Source of the DNA: Candidatus Eiseniibacteriota bacterium
GTDB lineage: Bacteria; Eisenbacteria; RBG-16-71-46
Assembly: GCA_963707915.1 (NCBI GenBank)
Contig: OY970178.1
Location: 3,104,001-3,168,000, forward strand
DNA length: 64,000 nt
Direction: 5' to 3'
Shown: positions 61,355-64,000 of the stretch, one piece after another
Layout: each line of letters opens with the position of its first letter
Numbering within the stretch: the first letter of the stretch is position 1
The notes under the pieces: generated by a model
What the model was told of the DNA's origin: nothing
The model's database searches: none
The model's input: only the letters and a program-made list of their open reading frames with translations
Translations under genes and position numbers: made by a program

Positions 61355-62671
61355 ATGGCACCCAGGTTCCAGGCCCCGCGCGGCACCCGCGACCTGCTGC
61401 CCGAGGACCTCGGCCGCTGGCAGTGGGCGGAGGCCCGGGCCCGCGGCGTGCTCGAGCGGTACGGCTACGGCGAGATCCGCACGCCGCTGTTCGAGGACTT
61501 CGAGCTCTTCGCCCGCACCTCGGGCGAGTCGAGCGACGTCGTGCAGAAGGAGATGTACCGCTTCAAGGACCTCGGCGAGCGCGACCTCGCGCTGCGGCCC
61601 GAGTTCACCGCGGGCGTGATGCGGGCCTACCTGGAGCGCGGCCTCGGCGGGCGCACCCGCATCCACCGGCTGTGGAGCGCGGGCCCGGTGTTCCGCTACG
61701 GCCGGCCGCAGAAGGGCCGCTACCGGCAGTTCTCGCAGGTCAACTGCGAGCTGGTGGGCTCGGCCGCGCCGGGCGCGGACGTGGAGATGATCACGCTCTT
61801 CGTGGACCTCTACGAGGCCTGGGGCTTCCGCGACCTGGTCGTGGTGCTGAACAGCGTCGGGCAGCCGGCCTCGCGTCGCGCCTACGGCGACCGCCTGCGC
61901 GAGTGGCTCGCGCCGGCGCACGGGCGGCTGAGCGCCGACTCGCAGCAGCGCCTGGTCGTGAACCCGCTGCGGGTGCTCGACACCAAGGACGAGGGCGACC
62001 TGGCGTTGTTCCGCGAGCTGGGCGAGGTGCCGCGCATGCTCGACGCCATCGACGAGGCCGACCGCGCGCACTGGGAGGCGGTGCTCGCCGGGCTCGCGTC
62101 CGCGGGCGTCGCCTACGAGGTGGACCACGGGCTGGTGCGCGGGCTCGACTACTACACCCGTACCGCCTTCGAGGTGCACGACCGTTCGCTCGGCGCGCAG
62201 AGCGCGCTGGGGGGCGGCGGGCGCTACGACGGGCTGATCGCCGAGCTGGGCGGCCCGCCCACGCCGGGCGTGGGCTTCGCCATCGGGCTCGACCGCGCCA
62301 TGCTGGTGCTGGAGGAGCGCGGCGCCGCGGTCCCCGCGCCGCCCGCCGGCGTGTTCGTCGCGGCGATGGAGGCCACGCACGGTGCCGCGCTCGCGCTGGC
62401 GCGCGAGCTGAGGCGCCGCTTCGCGGTGGACCTCGACGTCGAGGCGCGCGGCTTCGGCGCGCAGATGAAGGCGGCCGGCAAGAGCGGCGCGCGGCTGCTG
62501 GTCATCCTCGGGGAGGAGGAGTGGGCGCGCGGCGAGGTGGCGGTGAAGGACCTCGCCAGCGGCACGCAGGAGACGGTCGCCCGCGCGGGCCTGGCGGAGG
62601 CCCTCGGCGCGCGATTGGCGCAGGCACCCGCGCCCGCCCGCGGCGGCGCGAAGGAGACGGGAACGCCATGA
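61355..62671 (+). CDS. hisS: Histidyl-tRNA synthetase
   Basis: PRGTRD, LRPEFT, RPQKGRYRQF, LVRGLDYY, GGGRYDGL. Confidence 0.97.
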   Translation: MAPRFQAPRGTRDLLPEDLGRWQWAEARARGVLERYGYGEIRTPLFEDFELFARTSGESSDVVQKEMYRFKDLGERDLALRPEFTAGVMRAYLERGLGGRTRIHRLWSAGPVFRYGRPQKGRYRQFSQVNCELVGSAAPGADVEMITLFVDLYEAWGFRDLVVVLNSVGQPASRRAYGDRLREWLAPAHGRLSADSQQRLVVNPLRVLDTKDEGDLALFRELGEVPRMLDAIDEADRAHWEAVLAGLASAGVAYEVDHGLVRGLDYYTRTAFEVHDRSLGAQSALGGGGRYDGLIAELGGPPTPGVGFAIGLDRAMLVLEERGAAVPAPPAGVFVAAMEATHGAALALARELRRRFAVDLDVEARGFGAQMKAAGKSGARLLVILGEEEWARGEVAVKDLASGTQETVARAGLAEALGARLAQAPAPARGGAKETGTP

Positions 62672-64000
62672 CGGAGCCTCAAGGCATCGTGCTCGAAGAC
62701 CTCGGCGGCTGGCGCCGCTCGCACACCTGCGGCGAGCTGCGCCGCTCCCACGCGGACGCCACCGCCACGCTGATGGGCTGGGTGCACCGGGTGCGCGACC
62801 ACGGCGGCGTGCTGTTCGTGGACCTGCGCGACCGGCACGGGCTCACGCAGATCGTCTTCCGCCCCGAGACCGGCGGCGGGGCGCTGCTCGAGCGCGCCAC
62901 GCGCCTGGGGCTCGAGTACGTGGTCGCGGTGAAGGGCGTCGTGGCCGCGCGCCCGGCGGAGGCCCGCAACGCCGAGATGCCGACCGGCGAGATCGAGCTG
63001 GACGTGCGCGAGCTGAAGACGCTGGCCGCCTCGGACCCGCTGCCGGTGCTGCCCAGCGAGGAGGTCAACCTCGCCAACGAGGACCTGCGCCTGCGCTACC
63101 GCTACCTCGACCTGCGCCGCCCCGAGTTGTCGCGGGTGCTGGCATTGCGCCACCGGGCCGCGCAGGCCGCCCGCTCGCACCTCTCGGCGGCGGGTTTCCT
63201 CGAGGTCGAGACCCCGCTGCTGGTCAAGCCGACGCCCGAGGGCGCGCGCGACTACGTGGTGCCCAGCCGCGTGCACCCGGGCACGTTCTACGCCCTGCCC
63301 CAGTCGCCGCAGCTCTACAAGCAGACGCTGATGATCGCCGGCGTGGACCGCTACTTCCAGCTCGCGCGCTGCCTGCGCGACGAGGACCTGCGGGCGGACC
63401 GCCAGCCCGAGCACACCCAGATCGACCTCGAGATGTCCTTCGTCGACGAGGAGCAGGTGTTCGAGGCGGTCGAAGGCCTGTTCGTGGCGCTGTGGAAGGA
63501 CGTGCTCGGCATCGAGGTCCCGCGCCCCTTCCAGCGGCTGACCTTCCGCGAGGCGATGGGCCGCTACGGCAGCGACAAGCCCGACCTGCGCTTCGGGCTC
63601 GAGTTCCACGACGTGACCGCGATCCTGGCGCGCTCGCCGCGCAACGTGGTCGCCGGTCCGGCGCAGGCCGAGGGCGGCACCGGCGTGGCGCTGACCCTGC
63701 CGGGCGGCGCGGCGGTCTCGGGTTCTCAGCTGCGCAAGTACGAGGAGGTCGTGAAGGGCGCGGGCGCGGCGGGGCTGGGGTTCCTGAAGGTGCTGCCAGC
63801 CGAGCGGGCGAAGGCCGAGGCGGTCTTCCCGGGGGCGCTGCTCGACGAGTTGTTCGCGGCGGCCAGCGCGCGGGAGGGCGACGCGGTGCTCTACACCTCG
63901 GGCCCGTGGGAGCCCACGCTCAAGGCGCTGGGCGTGCTGCGCAGCCAGCTCGGCCAGCCGCTGGTCAAGGGGAAGGAGCGCGAGTGGCGCTTCCTCTGGG
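62668..64000 (+). CDS. aspS: Aspartyl-tRNA synthetase (runs off window end)
   Basis: RSHTCGEL, RDHGGVLFVDLRD, RLRYRYLDLRR, TPEGARDY, YALPQSPQLYKQ, RDEDLRADRQPE, RYGSDKPDLRFG. Confidence 0.96.
   Translation, partial: MTEPQGIVLEDLGGWRRSHTCGELRRSHADATATLMGWVHRVRDHGGVLFVDLRDRHGLTQIVFRPETGGGALLERATRLGLEYVVAVKGVVAARPAEARNAEMPTGEIELDVRELKTLAASDPLPVLPSEEVNLANEDLRLRYRYLDLRRPELSRVLALRHRAAQAARSHLSAAGFLEVETPLLVKPTPEGARDYVVPSRVHPGTFYALPQSPQLYKQTLMIAGVDRYFQLARCLRDEDLRADRQPEHTQIDLEMSFVDEEQVFEAVEGLFVALWKDVLGIEVPRPFQRLTFREAMGRYGSDKPDLRFGLEFHDVTAILARSPRNVVAGPAQAEGGTGVALTLPGGAAVSGSQLRKYEEVVKGAGAAGLGFLKVLPAERAKAEAVFPGALLDELFAAASAREGDAVLYTSGPWEPTLKALGVLRSQLGQPLVKGKEREWRFLW

Overview
Very GC-rich bacterial DNA. 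Several secreted proteins end in a FlgD-Ig/T9SS-A-like C-terminal domain, which suggests an FCB-group lineage such as Ca. Eisenbacteria (inference only). (1) 1-17.6 kb is a large extracellular electron transfer locus. It encodes an OmcS-like hexaheme cytochrome with the N-terminal His pattern used for nanowire polymerisation, a 9+1-heme cytochrome, two outer-membrane beta-barrels, two CsgG/PelC-like proteins, a 42-heme paired-CxxCH cytochrome, an NHL propeller, a DUF2723 glycosyltransferase, an MtrA/DmsE-like decaheme and a divergent CcmF-type heme lyase (67 canonical CxxCH motifs in total). (2) 17.6-35.5 kb holds clpB, two convergent glycosyltransferases with an IS481 element in their shared stop codons, a beta-helix/FN3 protein with a sigma54-type promoter, a GGDEF protein, an NRAMP-related/MgtE-CBS Mg module and a PTS-IIA gene followed by degenerate complex-I-like membrane subunits. 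(3) 35.5-58 kb is accessory DNA. It includes a TPR-CHAT protease/ECF sigma/anti-sigma module whose putative promoter (TGTGATTC-N14-CGTTT) occurs before the sigma gene and before a divergent secreted four-repeat protein, and two tandem integrase-less islets at tRNA-Lys(CTT) bounded by 185-bp att repeats. (4) 58-64 kb holds a GH20-like gene, a methyltransferase, vanZ, hisS and aspS. All family assignments come from motif recognition by eye; no database searches were run.
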